DNA from: an uncultured Chloroflexia bacterium
GTDB lineage: Bacteria; Chloroflexota; Limnocylindria; Limnocylindrales; CSP1-4
Length of the DNA: 64,000 nt
Assembly (NCBI GenBank): GCA_963789905.1
Contig: CAWBMK010000007.1
Coordinates: 72,747 to 136,746 of the forward strand
Direction of reading: 5' to 3'
The notes under the pieces were generated by a model. The model was not told where the DNA came from. It worked only from the letters and a program-made list of their open reading frames with translations, and ran no database searches. Position numbers and translations under genes: made by a program. Positions 18,976 through 27,285 of the stretch are shown here, in pieces (position 1 is the first letter of the stretch; the number at the start of each line of letters is the position of its first letter).

Positions 18976-19908
18976 TCACCCGCGGGCACGCTCCACGAGT
19001 CGACGTATCGAGTCAAGGATGAGATCCGGCCGGCTCAGGTGGATGAAATGTCCCGCACCATCCGCGATGGTGATCCGGGTGTCGGACGACAACGTCTCGA
19101 GTGCCGCCATGGCTGCTCGGTCGACGGCCGCGGCCTCGGCTGCGCTCAACCGCGGATCGCGCCGGGGCGATACGACTACCTCGACGGGCAGACCATCGAC
19201 CGACGAGCCTGCCAGTTCAGCGGCTGAGGGCTCCCAGTCGATGCCCTCGACCTGTTCGATCAGGTCGAATGTGGCAGCCATATCGGCCAGCCAGTCGCTT
19301 CGTACGCGTTCCGGGGCGGCGTCCACCTGGCCCTCGAAGAGGTCGGGGTTGAAGGCGTCGTCGAGAACGATGCCGGCGACATCGTCGCGGTTGCGGGCGG
19401 CGAAGATCCGGACGTAGACGCCGCCCAGCGAGTGACCGACGAGGACATACGGCGGCTCCTCACTGGCGGCCGTGAGCAGAGCGGCCAGATCGTCGACGAC
19501 GTCGACGGCCGTTCGATCGGGTGCGGGGTCGGGCTGGCTCCGGCCGAAGCCGGCCCGATCGTAGACGCATGCGCGAGTGAAGCCGACTGTCTCCCTGAAC
19601 ACCACGCCCCAGCCACTGGAATCGCCGCCAGCGCCCGCCTCGAAGATAACAGTCGGCGACCCGGAGCCCCGACAGTCGAGGTAGAGCGACCGATCGCCGA
19701 GGTCGACGAGCCCTCCGTCCGCCACGTACGGCTCGGTCCAGCCGTGTCGCGAGAGCCAGAAAGACGGCGAACCGGCCCGAGCGACGTCGAGGCTGACGGC
19801 GATGGCGAGGCCCGCGACGACGGCGAAGGCGATGGCCCGCGCGCGGATCCGCAGGGTCAGGCGCTCCCGTAGTGCTCGAGGATGAACCGCGCGTAGAACG
19901 GCGGCCAC
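18976..19908 (-). CDS. Secreted/membrane-anchored alpha/beta hydrolase
   Basis: N-terminal hydrophobic signal segment and the nucleophile elbow GHSLGG. Confidence 0.7.
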   Translation of the reverse strand: MAAVLRAVHPRALRERLTLRIRARAIAFAVVAGLAIAVSLDVARAGSPSFWLSRHGWTEPYVADGGLVDLGDRSLYLDCRGSGSPTVIFEAGAGGDSSGWGVVFRETVGFTRACVYDRAGFGRSQPDPAPDRTAVDVVDDLAALLTAASEEPPYVLVGHSLGGVYVRIFAARNRDDVAGIVLDDAFNPDLFEGQVDAAPERVRSDWLADMAATFDLIEQVEGIDWEPSAAELAGSSVDGLPVEVVVSPRRDPRLSAAEAAAVDRAAMAALETLSSDTRITIADGAGHFIHLSRPDLILDSIRRLVERARG

Positions 19909-20147
19909 TCGCCGCGGTCACTGTCGGCGGCCTTGTAGGCGCGCTCGGCGCCGATGAGGAGGTAGGTGAGCTCGCTGCGCGTCGCGATCGCCCCGAGGCG
20001 ATCCCAGATGACGGTCTGGAGGTGAGCCGCGTACCAGAGGGCCCACTCCGGGTCGGCGCCATCGCTTGCAGCGAACGCGGCGTGATGCGCACGACCCGTC
20101 GCTTCGATGGCGTCTGCGAGGTCGGCCTCGGAGATCCGATCGGCCAT
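19857..20147 (-). CDS. Hypothetical protein
   Basis: 96-aa ORF with an ATG start and no recognisable motif. It overlaps the hydrolase 5' end. Confidence 0.3.
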   Translation of the reverse strand: MADRISEADLADAIEATGRAHHAAFAASDGADPEWALWYAAHLQTVIWDRLGAIATRSELTYLLIGAERAYKAADSDRGEWPPFYARFILEHYGSA

Positions 20148-20208
20148 GAGTCTCCTTCCCTGGGGCGTCGGACTGGCACGAGTCGCCCGTCGCGGTTACG
20201 GTAGCGCC

Positions 20209-20457
20209 ATGTGCAGAAGCATCAAGCAGCTCCGCCGCCCCGAAGAGGCGGCCACGACCGGCGAGATCGAGGCCGCCGCCCGCCAGTTCGTGCGAAAGGT
20301 CAGCGGCTATCGCGTCCCATCTCGGGCGAACGAGGATGCTTTCGAGGCCGCGATCGCCGACGTCGCGGGCAGCGCTCAGCGACTGCTCGAGGCCATCGGC
20401 GTGTCCGTCGAGGAGGGGCCCGATCGCTGGGTCCCATCGGCCGCTCGGGCTCGATGA
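20209..20457 (+). CDS. DUF2277-like small protein
   Basis: MCRSIKQLRRPEEAATTGEIEAAARQFVRKVSGYRVPS... matches conserved small actinobacterial proteins. ATG at 20209. Confidence 0.5.
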   Translation: MCRSIKQLRRPEEAATTGEIEAAARQFVRKVSGYRVPSRANEDAFEAAIADVAGSAQRLLEAIGVSVEEGPDRWVPSAARAR

Positions 20458-20638
20458 CGATCGACGCCGTCGCGACCGCCTGGTGGTCGCGCGACGGGCT
20501 CGATGGCGGACCCCCGATGGCGCCCGTCGCCGAGGGCGACATCGTCGCTCTCCTGTGGGCAGGCGGGTACCTCCGGGCGATGTCGTCACGCCATTGCCTC
20601 CGCGAGCCCGCTGGGTCCATCTTCCCGAAGCGCTGACG

Positions 20639-21490
20639 ATGGTCGCCATCCCGCCGCGGCAGGCCGGCCGGGCGCAGGTCATACGCGTCCGCGGTCGGCG
20701 CGTCGAGGGCTTGGAGGATCGGCTGGCCGGCGAGGAACCGCTCGAGATCCGGGCGGCCGGCCCGGATCAGGAGAGTGTCGCCGTCGCTGTCACGATGCGG
20801 ACGCCAGGCAACGAGGCCGAGCTCGCGGTCGGATTCCTGCGGACCGAGGGCCTCATCGACGGACCTGCAGATGTCGCGGACATCAGCTTCGGCGACCCGT
20901 CTCGAGACGCTCAACCGGATGACACGGTGCTCGTTCACCTGACCCGACCCTTCGATGCGTCGGTCGTCGCCGAGCGACACTTTATCGCCACGGCATCGTG
21001 CGGGATCTGCGGCAAGGCCTCGATCGACGAGATCGCCGTCCGGTGCGCCCCGATCCCTTCCGGGCCGATGGTCGATCAGGCGATCGTCCTCGCTCTCCCG
21101 GAGCGACTGCGCGAGGCACAGGCGGTCTTTGAAGCCACTGGTGGGCTTCACGCCGCGGCGCTGTTCACCCCGCAGGGCGAGCTCATTGCGGCCCGCGAGG
21201 ATATCGGCCGCCACAACGCCCTCGACAAGCTCATCGGCTCCCAGCTCATGGCGGGAGCCCTGCCGCTCCACGATCGGGTCGTGCTGCTGAGCGGTCGGAT
21301 CGGGTTCGAGCTCGTTCAGAAGGCGGCGGTCGCAGGTGTCCCGATCTTGTGCGCGGTCGGGGCGCCGTCGGATCTCGCGGTCGAGACGGGCCGGCGCCTC
21401 GGGGTCACCCTTGTCGGCTTCCTCCGCGGCGACGCGTTCAACGTTTACACCCACCCAGATCGGATCGCTCTCGGTGGTAACCCCGCATAA
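20639..21490 (+). CDS. fdhD: Formate dehydrogenase accessory sulfurtransferase FdhD
   Basis: CGICGK...GRHNALDKLIG, which are the FdhD catalytic Cys and signature. Start at MVAIPP (ATG 20639), immediately after an upstream small-ORF stop. Confidence 0.85.
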   Translation: MVAIPPRQAGRAQVIRVRGRRVEGLEDRLAGEEPLEIRAAGPDQESVAVAVTMRTPGNEAELAVGFLRTEGLIDGPADVADISFGDPSRDAQPDDTVLVHLTRPFDASVVAERHFIATASCGICGKASIDEIAVRCAPIPSGPMVDQAIVLALPERLREAQAVFEATGGLHAAALFTPQGELIAAREDIGRHNALDKLIGSQLMAGALPLHDRVVLLSGRIGFELVQKAAVAGVPILCAVGAPSDLAVETGRRLGVTLVGFLRGDAFNVYTHPDRIALGGNPA

Positions 21491-21715
21491 CGCACGCCCA
21501 GTGAGCGCAGTAGGAACTCGGGATGGTCGAGCCGGCAGATTGGGTGTCCGGGGATGGCGGTTGATAGTCGCTGACAGCTAACACAAGCACTCTTCGTGCT
21601 GTCGGCAGGCCAAGCCGTAGCGAACATCACGATAACGATCATGTGGCGTGCATTCGTCGGAGTCCGAGTATCTGATCACAGCGGCGTGGCGACAGATCAG
21701 GCTGGTGGCGACAGA

Positions 21716-23035
21716 TCAGGCGGGGTGGAGCGCTCGCCACATGTCGATTGACCACTGCCAATCGCCGACATCCTGGAACGCGATCCGGATGGCGGCGCCG
21801 CGTCCACGGACGGCCACGTAGCCCTCGAGGACGCCGACCTCGACGCCCGAGCTGCCGTCGGTGCTGATCTTCGCCCGCCCGAGGATCGGTCCGTCCTGGC
21901 GGGTGATGATGTCGCGCCCCAGATGGGAGGCGACCTGGTCGAGGAAGTCCGAGGCCGGCATGGGCCCGCGATCCGTCCCGGTCACGACACCCGCCAGGGT
22001 GATCGTGCGGCCCGCGTCGCTGCCGGTCCATTCCTCGGCCGTCCGGACGTCGCTGAACGAACCGGGCAGAGGTAGCGCCCAGCCCTCGTGGACGATCGTC
22101 ACCTGCCCTCGCCGATAGCCGATCGGCTCTCTCTCGCCGCCCTCTGCGGCCGCCTTCGCGGCGCGTGCCTCGACGTCGGGCGCGACGGCGTCGTGGATGC
22201 CCCGGAGCTTGAGGAGCTCGCCCCACTCACGCCACGGCCATGGCAGCTTCGTGTCGAGAGCGACGCCGTGTTTCAGCGTCTGGAGGACCTCGTCCTGGAC
22301 CCGGCGCTCGGCCGGTGTCACCGGCCCCCGCCAGCGGACATCACACCACATGAGGCAGAGCGCCCTGTTGAGCATGTAGCGAGCGTCGGTCGCATCGGCC
22401 CACCAGGGCACGATGTCGATGGCCGTCGGGACCTCGCTGAGGGCGCGCTCGAGCCATCGATCGTCGCGCGGTCCGAGTGGCGTCGCGATGGCACCTGGGA
22501 CCTCGATCCGAAGGTCGGCCGGCAGGCCGATGAGCATCCCGCCGGCGCCGAGTCGTCGGGCGTCCCGGGCGCCGACGAGAGTTGAGCCGAGCCAGGCAAG
22601 GTGTGCCCGCTCGACCGTCGGCCGATCGACACTGACCTTGCCATCGACGATGGGATGGACGTCGCTCGTCGTCCACTCGAGATCGAGCTCGAGCGCCAAT
22701 CGCTCGGCGACGTGGGCGAGGAAGCGCTGGTAGCCCGGGCCGACGCCCGCCGTTTCACCCTCGAGGGCGATGATGCCCTCGTCGTCGGCGATCGCGACGA
22801 GCGGAGGAGCGACCGGGTGCAGCCCGACGGCGAGCCTCGACTCACCAGAGGCGAGCCGCGACGCTTCGGACGACCGAATGGTGTCCCCGTACTCGGCATC
22901 GAGCCATGCCTTCGCCTCCGCGAGCAGCTTCTCGCCGTCTCGAGGCTTGCGGGCGATGCCGCGCTTGGATCTCTGGATGCCGATGCCACGCTTGGACGCC
23001 TGGCCGCTGACGCGGAATGTGGTAGACGCGCTCAT
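21716..23035 (-). CDS. Conserved hypothetical protein (439 aa), co-directional and downstream of the formate dehydrogenase genes
   Basis: Long ORF with coding-like composition and no recognisable catalytic motif. The N-terminus has a duplicated SKRGIxxxR element. Confidence 0.5.
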   Translation of the reverse strand: MSASTTFRVSGQASKRGIGIQRSKRGIARKPRDGEKLLAEAKAWLDAEYGDTIRSSEASRLASGESRLAVGLHPVAPPLVAIADDEGIIALEGETAGVGPGYQRFLAHVAERLALELDLEWTTSDVHPIVDGKVSVDRPTVERAHLAWLGSTLVGARDARRLGAGGMLIGLPADLRIEVPGAIATPLGPRDDRWLERALSEVPTAIDIVPWWADATDARYMLNRALCLMWCDVRWRGPVTPAERRVQDEVLQTLKHGVALDTKLPWPWREWGELLKLRGIHDAVAPDVEARAAKAAAEGGEREPIGYRRGQVTIVHEGWALPLPGSFSDVRTAEEWTGSDAGRTITLAGVVTGTDRGPMPASDFLDQVASHLGRDIITRQDGPILGRAKISTDGSSGVEVGVLEGYVAVRGRGAAIRIAFQDVGDWQWSIDMWRALHPA

Positions 23036-23139
23036 GCCTTAGGTGTCACCTCGCACCACCGACCATACCGCTCGGTTTCGGCCGTTGGGCCGCTGCAGCA
23101 GGGTGATTTCGTACCACCTGAGCCCACCATGAGTCCGCC

Positions 23140-24255
23140 TCAGGGCCCGCGGCCGCCTTCGACGAACTGCCATCCGAAGCGCCCTTTGATGCACAGGTGA
23201 CCGTCCGTCACCGAGTGGTCCATCGGCGAGGTCACCTTGACGATCCGGCCGTCCTGGGCGTGGAGCTCGAGGTTGCAGCCGACCCCGCAATAGGGACAGA
23301 TCGTCGTGGTCTCGGTCTGCGCGCTCTCGTCCCACGTGCCCGCTGCCCGCATCTCGTGCTCACGACTGAACATGAGCGCGCCCGTCGGACAGACGCCGAT
23401 GCAATTGCCGCAGTAGACGCAGGCCGAGTCGGGCAGTGGGACGGCCTGCTCGGTCGAGATTCGGGCGTCGAAGCCGCGCCCGGCGACGGCGATCGCGAAC
23501 GTGTTCTGGGCGTCGACCCCGCAGGCCTCGACGCACTTGTAGCAGAGGATGCACTTCGAGTAGTCGCGGACGTAAAGCTCGTTGTCGACCTTGACAGGCT
23601 GGGCGACCGTCGCCGCGACATCGCCGGCTGTGCCGTGGTGCTGGCCGGTGACGCGGCCGTCGCGCTCGCCGGCAGCCGTGGGCTCAGAAGCCTCGCCGTA
23701 CCGCGAGGGGTCGGCTCCATATCGCTCCATCCAGGCCGCGATGGAGCCGTCCGGCTCGCGTGGTCCGGCGAGCGAGAGGTCGACGGATGAGCCGAGGAAT
23801 TCGAGAACGACCTTGCGAGAGAGCGCGACGCGATCCGACTCGGTCTGGATCTCCATCCCCGGCTCGACCTTGCGGGAACAGGCGGGCACCAGAACGCGCG
23901 AGCCGGTCACCTCGACGACGCAGACGCGACAGACGTTGACCGGGGTGAGGTTCTCGAGGTAGCAGAGCGTCGGCAGATCGCCGCCCGTCACACGGACCGC
24001 CTCGAGGATCGTCGAGCCCTCGGGTACGGAGACGGCCCGGCCGTCGATCGTGACCTCGACCATCGCGGCGTGGTCCGGATGAGGGGCGAATGGCGCAAGC
24101 GGTGTACGGGGCTGGCCGACGAACCAGACCGGCATCTCGTCCCACCCATCCCTGGGTGTCGGTACCCAGTTGCCCGGCACCGGGCCGGCATGCTCCGGCT
24201 GGTCCTCGGGTCCGAGGTGCTCCAGGTGCTTGCGGGGCTCGCTGTGCTCGCTCAT
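23140..24255 (-). CDS. Formate dehydrogenase alpha subunit, N-terminal Fe-S module only (NuoG-like 2Fe-2S + 4Fe-4S domains + MopB N-terminal 4Fe-4S motif)
   Basis: 2Fe-2S ferredoxin fold (TLCYLENLTPVNVCRVC), two 4Fe-4S ferredoxin motifs (CILCYKCVEAC, CVYCGNCIGVCP) and the MopB FS0 motif CPYCGVGCN...GHLCIKGRFGW. It then ends. The ATG at 24255 overlaps the stop of the upstream gene as ATGA. Confidence 0.8.
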   Translation of the reverse strand: MSEHSEPRKHLEHLGPEDQPEHAGPVPGNWVPTPRDGWDEMPVWFVGQPRTPLAPFAPHPDHAAMVEVTIDGRAVSVPEGSTILEAVRVTGGDLPTLCYLENLTPVNVCRVCVVEVTGSRVLVPACSRKVEPGMEIQTESDRVALSRKVVLEFLGSSVDLSLAGPREPDGSIAAWMERYGADPSRYGEASEPTAAGERDGRVTGQHHGTAGDVAATVAQPVKVDNELYVRDYSKCILCYKCVEACGVDAQNTFAIAVAGRGFDARISTEQAVPLPDSACVYCGNCIGVCPTGALMFSREHEMRAAGTWDESAQTETTTICPYCGVGCNLELHAQDGRIVKVTSPMDHSVTDGHLCIKGRFGWQFVEGGRGP

Positions 24256-26123
24256 GCCACGACCATGCCTTCGCGGACAGCCGATTCGATGGCCGCCGAT
24301 GCCGTCTGGCCCAGGCCGCAGATCGAGGCGTCGCGCATCGTCTGGCCGATCTCCGCGAGAAGGCGCATATCCGAAGCCCGGTCGCCGATGGGCAGGTCGG
24401 CCAGCAGCCGGGCCAGCAGCTCCTCCTGGCGGACCGTGCCGACCCGGCAGGGCACGCATTGGCCACACGATTCGTCGCGGAAGAACGCTGCGATCCGACG
24501 GAGTGCGTCGAGGATGTCGGCGCGCTCGTCATACACCAGGATCACGCCGGAGCCGAGGGACGCCCCGACGGCTCGCGTGCCCTCGAACGTCAGCGGCAGG
24601 TCGAGGTTGTCGGGGCCGACGAACGTTCCGGCCGCTCCGCCCAGGAGGACCGCCTGCAGCGCCCGGCCATTCGCGACGCCGCCGGCCATGGCGATGAGGT
24701 CGCCGAGGGTCGCCCCGAACGGGACCTCGAAGAGGCCCGGTCGAGCGACGTTGCCGGACAGGCAGAAGAGCTTGACCCCGCTCGATCCGGCCGTCCCGCG
24801 GCGCGCGTATGCCGCCCCACCCTCGCGCATGATCAGGGGCACGTTGACGAGCGTCTCGACGTTGTTGATGACCGTCGGTTTGCCGAAGAGGCCGTGAGTC
24901 ACCGGGAACGGCGGCTTGTTGCGGGGCTCACCGCGCCTGCCCTCGATCGAGTTGAAGAGCGCGGTTTCCTCGCCGCAGATGTAGGCGCCGGCGCCGCGCC
25001 GGATCTCGATGTCGAAGGCGAACCCTGCGCCCAGGACGTCCGCTCCGAGCAGTCCAGCGGTACGGCAGGCGTCGATTGCGGCCGCCATCGTAGCGGTCGC
25101 GGCCGGGTACTCCGCACGGATGTAGATGTAGCCGTGCTCCGACCCAGTGGCGAACGCGCCGATCGTCATTCCCTCGATGACGGCGAACGGGTCGCCCTCC
25201 ATGAGCAGGCGATCCTTGAACGTCCCGGGCTCCGACTCGTCGGCGTTGCAGACGAGGTAGTGCGGGGTGTCGGGCTGACCTGCCACCGCCTCCCACTTGC
25301 GACCTGTCGGAAAGGCCGCCCCGCCTCGCCCGACGAGGTGCGAGGTCGTGACCTCTGCGATCGTCGCCGCCGTGCCGAGCTCAATGGCCCGTTGGAGCCC
25401 GGCGTAGCCGCCATCTTGCCGGTAGGCGTCGAGGTCGGTCGGCCCGATGCGTCCGATGCGGCCGATGAGGCGTAGATCGGCCGCGGCCGCCGAGTCGACC
25501 TGCGGCACCGATGCACGCAGCTCGTCTCGCGTCGGGAGGGCGTCGCCTGGAACGAGCTCGAGGCGGCGGATGATGCCCGCCGCGTCGATCGGCCCGGCCA
25601 CCAGCTCAACGGCTTCCTCGCCGGCGATCGTGAACAGGGCGACCGGGGCACGCTCGCACATCCCGAGGCAGGGGCTGCGATGCCACGTCACGGCTCCTTC
25701 GTGGACCGGCTGGCCCTCTGGGCCGAGCGAACGCTCCAGCGCGGCCGCAGTCTCCTCGGCGCCGGCCAACCGACAGGCCAGATCGTCGCACACATGGGCC
25801 ACGGTCGGCGGCTGGGGAGTCGTCGAGAGGAGGGCGTAGAAGGTGGCCACGCCGTAGGCCTCGGCTGGCGGGACCGACAGCCGCTTGCAGATGTAGTTGA
25901 GGGCGGGCTGGCTGATATGGCCGAAGCGAGCCTGGATCGCGCGAAGGGCTGGCAGCAGCAGGTCGCGGCGCGCCCGTGCCGCGTGACCGCCGTAGGCGAC
26001 GTGCCCTTCCGTGCGCGCATCGCGCTGACCGCCCACCCAGCCACTCTCGGGCGGTCCGACGACGGCGTCGACGGCTGCCCGCTCGGCGGCCGAGGCGAGC
26101 GGCCCGATGACGTGGAGATCCAT
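24252..26123 (-). CDS. NAD(+)-dependent formate dehydrogenase beta/gamma fusion (NuoE-like 2Fe-2S domain fused to NuoF-like NADH/FMN/4Fe-4S subunit)
   Basis: N-terminal NuoE-like motifs (ALNYICKRLSVPPAEAYGVATFYALL...CDDLAC...CLGMCERAP). Then NuoF motifs (GRGGAAFPTGRKWE, FMN site, C-terminal CGQCVPCR 4Fe-4S). Confidence 0.85.
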   Translation of the reverse strand: MDLHVIGPLASAAERAAVDAVVGPPESGWVGGQRDARTEGHVAYGGHAARARRDLLLPALRAIQARFGHISQPALNYICKRLSVPPAEAYGVATFYALLSTTPQPPTVAHVCDDLACRLAGAEETAAALERSLGPEGQPVHEGAVTWHRSPCLGMCERAPVALFTIAGEEAVELVAGPIDAAGIIRRLELVPGDALPTRDELRASVPQVDSAAAADLRLIGRIGRIGPTDLDAYRQDGGYAGLQRAIELGTAATIAEVTTSHLVGRGGAAFPTGRKWEAVAGQPDTPHYLVCNADESEPGTFKDRLLMEGDPFAVIEGMTIGAFATGSEHGYIYIRAEYPAATATMAAAIDACRTAGLLGADVLGAGFAFDIEIRRGAGAYICGEETALFNSIEGRRGEPRNKPPFPVTHGLFGKPTVINNVETLVNVPLIMREGGAAYARRGTAGSSGVKLFCLSGNVARPGLFEVPFGATLGDLIAMAGGVANGRALQAVLLGGAAGTFVGPDNLDLPLTFEGTRAVGASLGSGVILVYDERADILDALRRIAAFFRDESCGQCVPCRVGTVRQEELLARLLADLPIGDRASDMRLLAEIGQTMRDASICGLGQTASAAIESAVREGMVVA

Positions 26124-26154
26124 CCCGCCGAGTGTAGTCTGCTGCCGAGGTTGG

Positions 26155-27267
26155 TCAGATGAACTGGCTGAGGGCTCGCTGGAGGAGGAACAGGCCGATC
26201 GGCAGGACGATCGCCGACACGAGGGCTCCGAGGGTGCCCGGCCGCCACGGCAGTGTCGGGAGCCTGTCGACGAGGTCGCGCTCCATCACGAGGACGCCTA
26301 GCGCATCGTGCATCCCGGCCGCCGCCGTCATATCACCTCGGTCAACCGCCGCGTGGATCGCCGCGATCGTCGCCTCGACCCGCAGTCCCACCTCGCCCTG
26401 GAGTCGCCGCTTCTCAGCGATGATCCGCTTCTGCATTCCACGGAGCGGCAGAACGAATACGGCCATAGCGGCCACGATACCGCCGCCGAGGTACAAGAAG
26501 AAGAACACGGCTCCCAGGCTCGTCGACAGCAACCCGAGAGTCAGGAAGGTTGGAAGAATGAAGACGAGGGCGATAACGATGGCCGTCCTCGACGTCAGGA
26601 TCGAGAAGGCATACAGCGGTGCGGGCCGAAAGAGATCCACGCGGGTAGCTCGCGAGTGTGTCCGGCCCACCTCTCGAAGCTGACGGAACGAGTGGAGGAC
26701 GAGGACCAGGATGAGGCTTCCGAAAAAGACCTCGCTCACATACCTGAACAGCATGCCAAGCGGCGACAAACCGACGACCTGGGAACCGACCGGATCGGCG
26801 AGGTAGTAGATCGGCGTCGTAATAGCCGTGAAGAGGAGGAGGGCCGCGGCTGGGCGGGCTGGAGCAACGGTCAGCACGTAGCGAAGGCGCGCGACCTCCG
26901 CATCGGTCGCAGCGAGTACCGGCCTGAACGTGTCGAGGGCGGTCCCTGCGATATCCGCGAGATAGCCCATCAGCCAGAGTGTCAGGGGCAGGAAGACGGC
27001 CCAGAACGCTTGTCCAGCAAGATAGACCGGGTCGCTGTTGCTCTGGAGGCCGGACGGGCCCAGCAAGCTCAGAACCACCGAGATCGCCGCGATGGCGATG
27101 TAAGCGAGCCACGTGGGGCCGGGCAGCCGCTCGATCCAGTTGATGAGCAGGTTCACCCAGCTCGGCCCGTACGGCCGCTCGTCGCCCGAAAGATGCTGGC
27201 TCGTCGCGGTCGCTGCCGTGCTGGACCCGGTCGCGAAGTCGGTGGCCGATGAGGCCTCGGTCGCCAT
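26155..27267 (-). CDS. Polytopic integral membrane protein of unknown function, embedded in the formate dehydrogenase operon
   Basis: 370 aa with about 9-10 hydrophobic helices. GC content is visibly lower than in the flanking genes. Confidence 0.55.
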   Translation of the reverse strand: MATEASSATDFATGSSTAATATSQHLSGDERPYGPSWVNLLINWIERLPGPTWLAYIAIAAISVVLSLLGPSGLQSNSDPVYLAGQAFWAVFLPLTLWLMGYLADIAGTALDTFRPVLAATDAEVARLRYVLTVAPARPAAALLLFTAITTPIYYLADPVGSQVVGLSPLGMLFRYVSEVFFGSLILVLVLHSFRQLREVGRTHSRATRVDLFRPAPLYAFSILTSRTAIVIALVFILPTFLTLGLLSTSLGAVFFFLYLGGGIVAAMAVFVLPLRGMQKRIIAEKRRLQGEVGLRVEATIAAIHAAVDRGDMTAAAGMHDALGVLVMERDLVDRLPTLPWRPGTLGALVSAIVLPIGLFLLQRALSQFI

Positions 27268-27285
27268 CGCGGGCGATCGTAGCAG

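Noticed and set aside
19857-20147. 96-aa ORF as a confident gene
   Set aside because: Plausible codon usage but no motif, and it overlaps the hydrolase 5' end. Kept as a low-confidence feature only.
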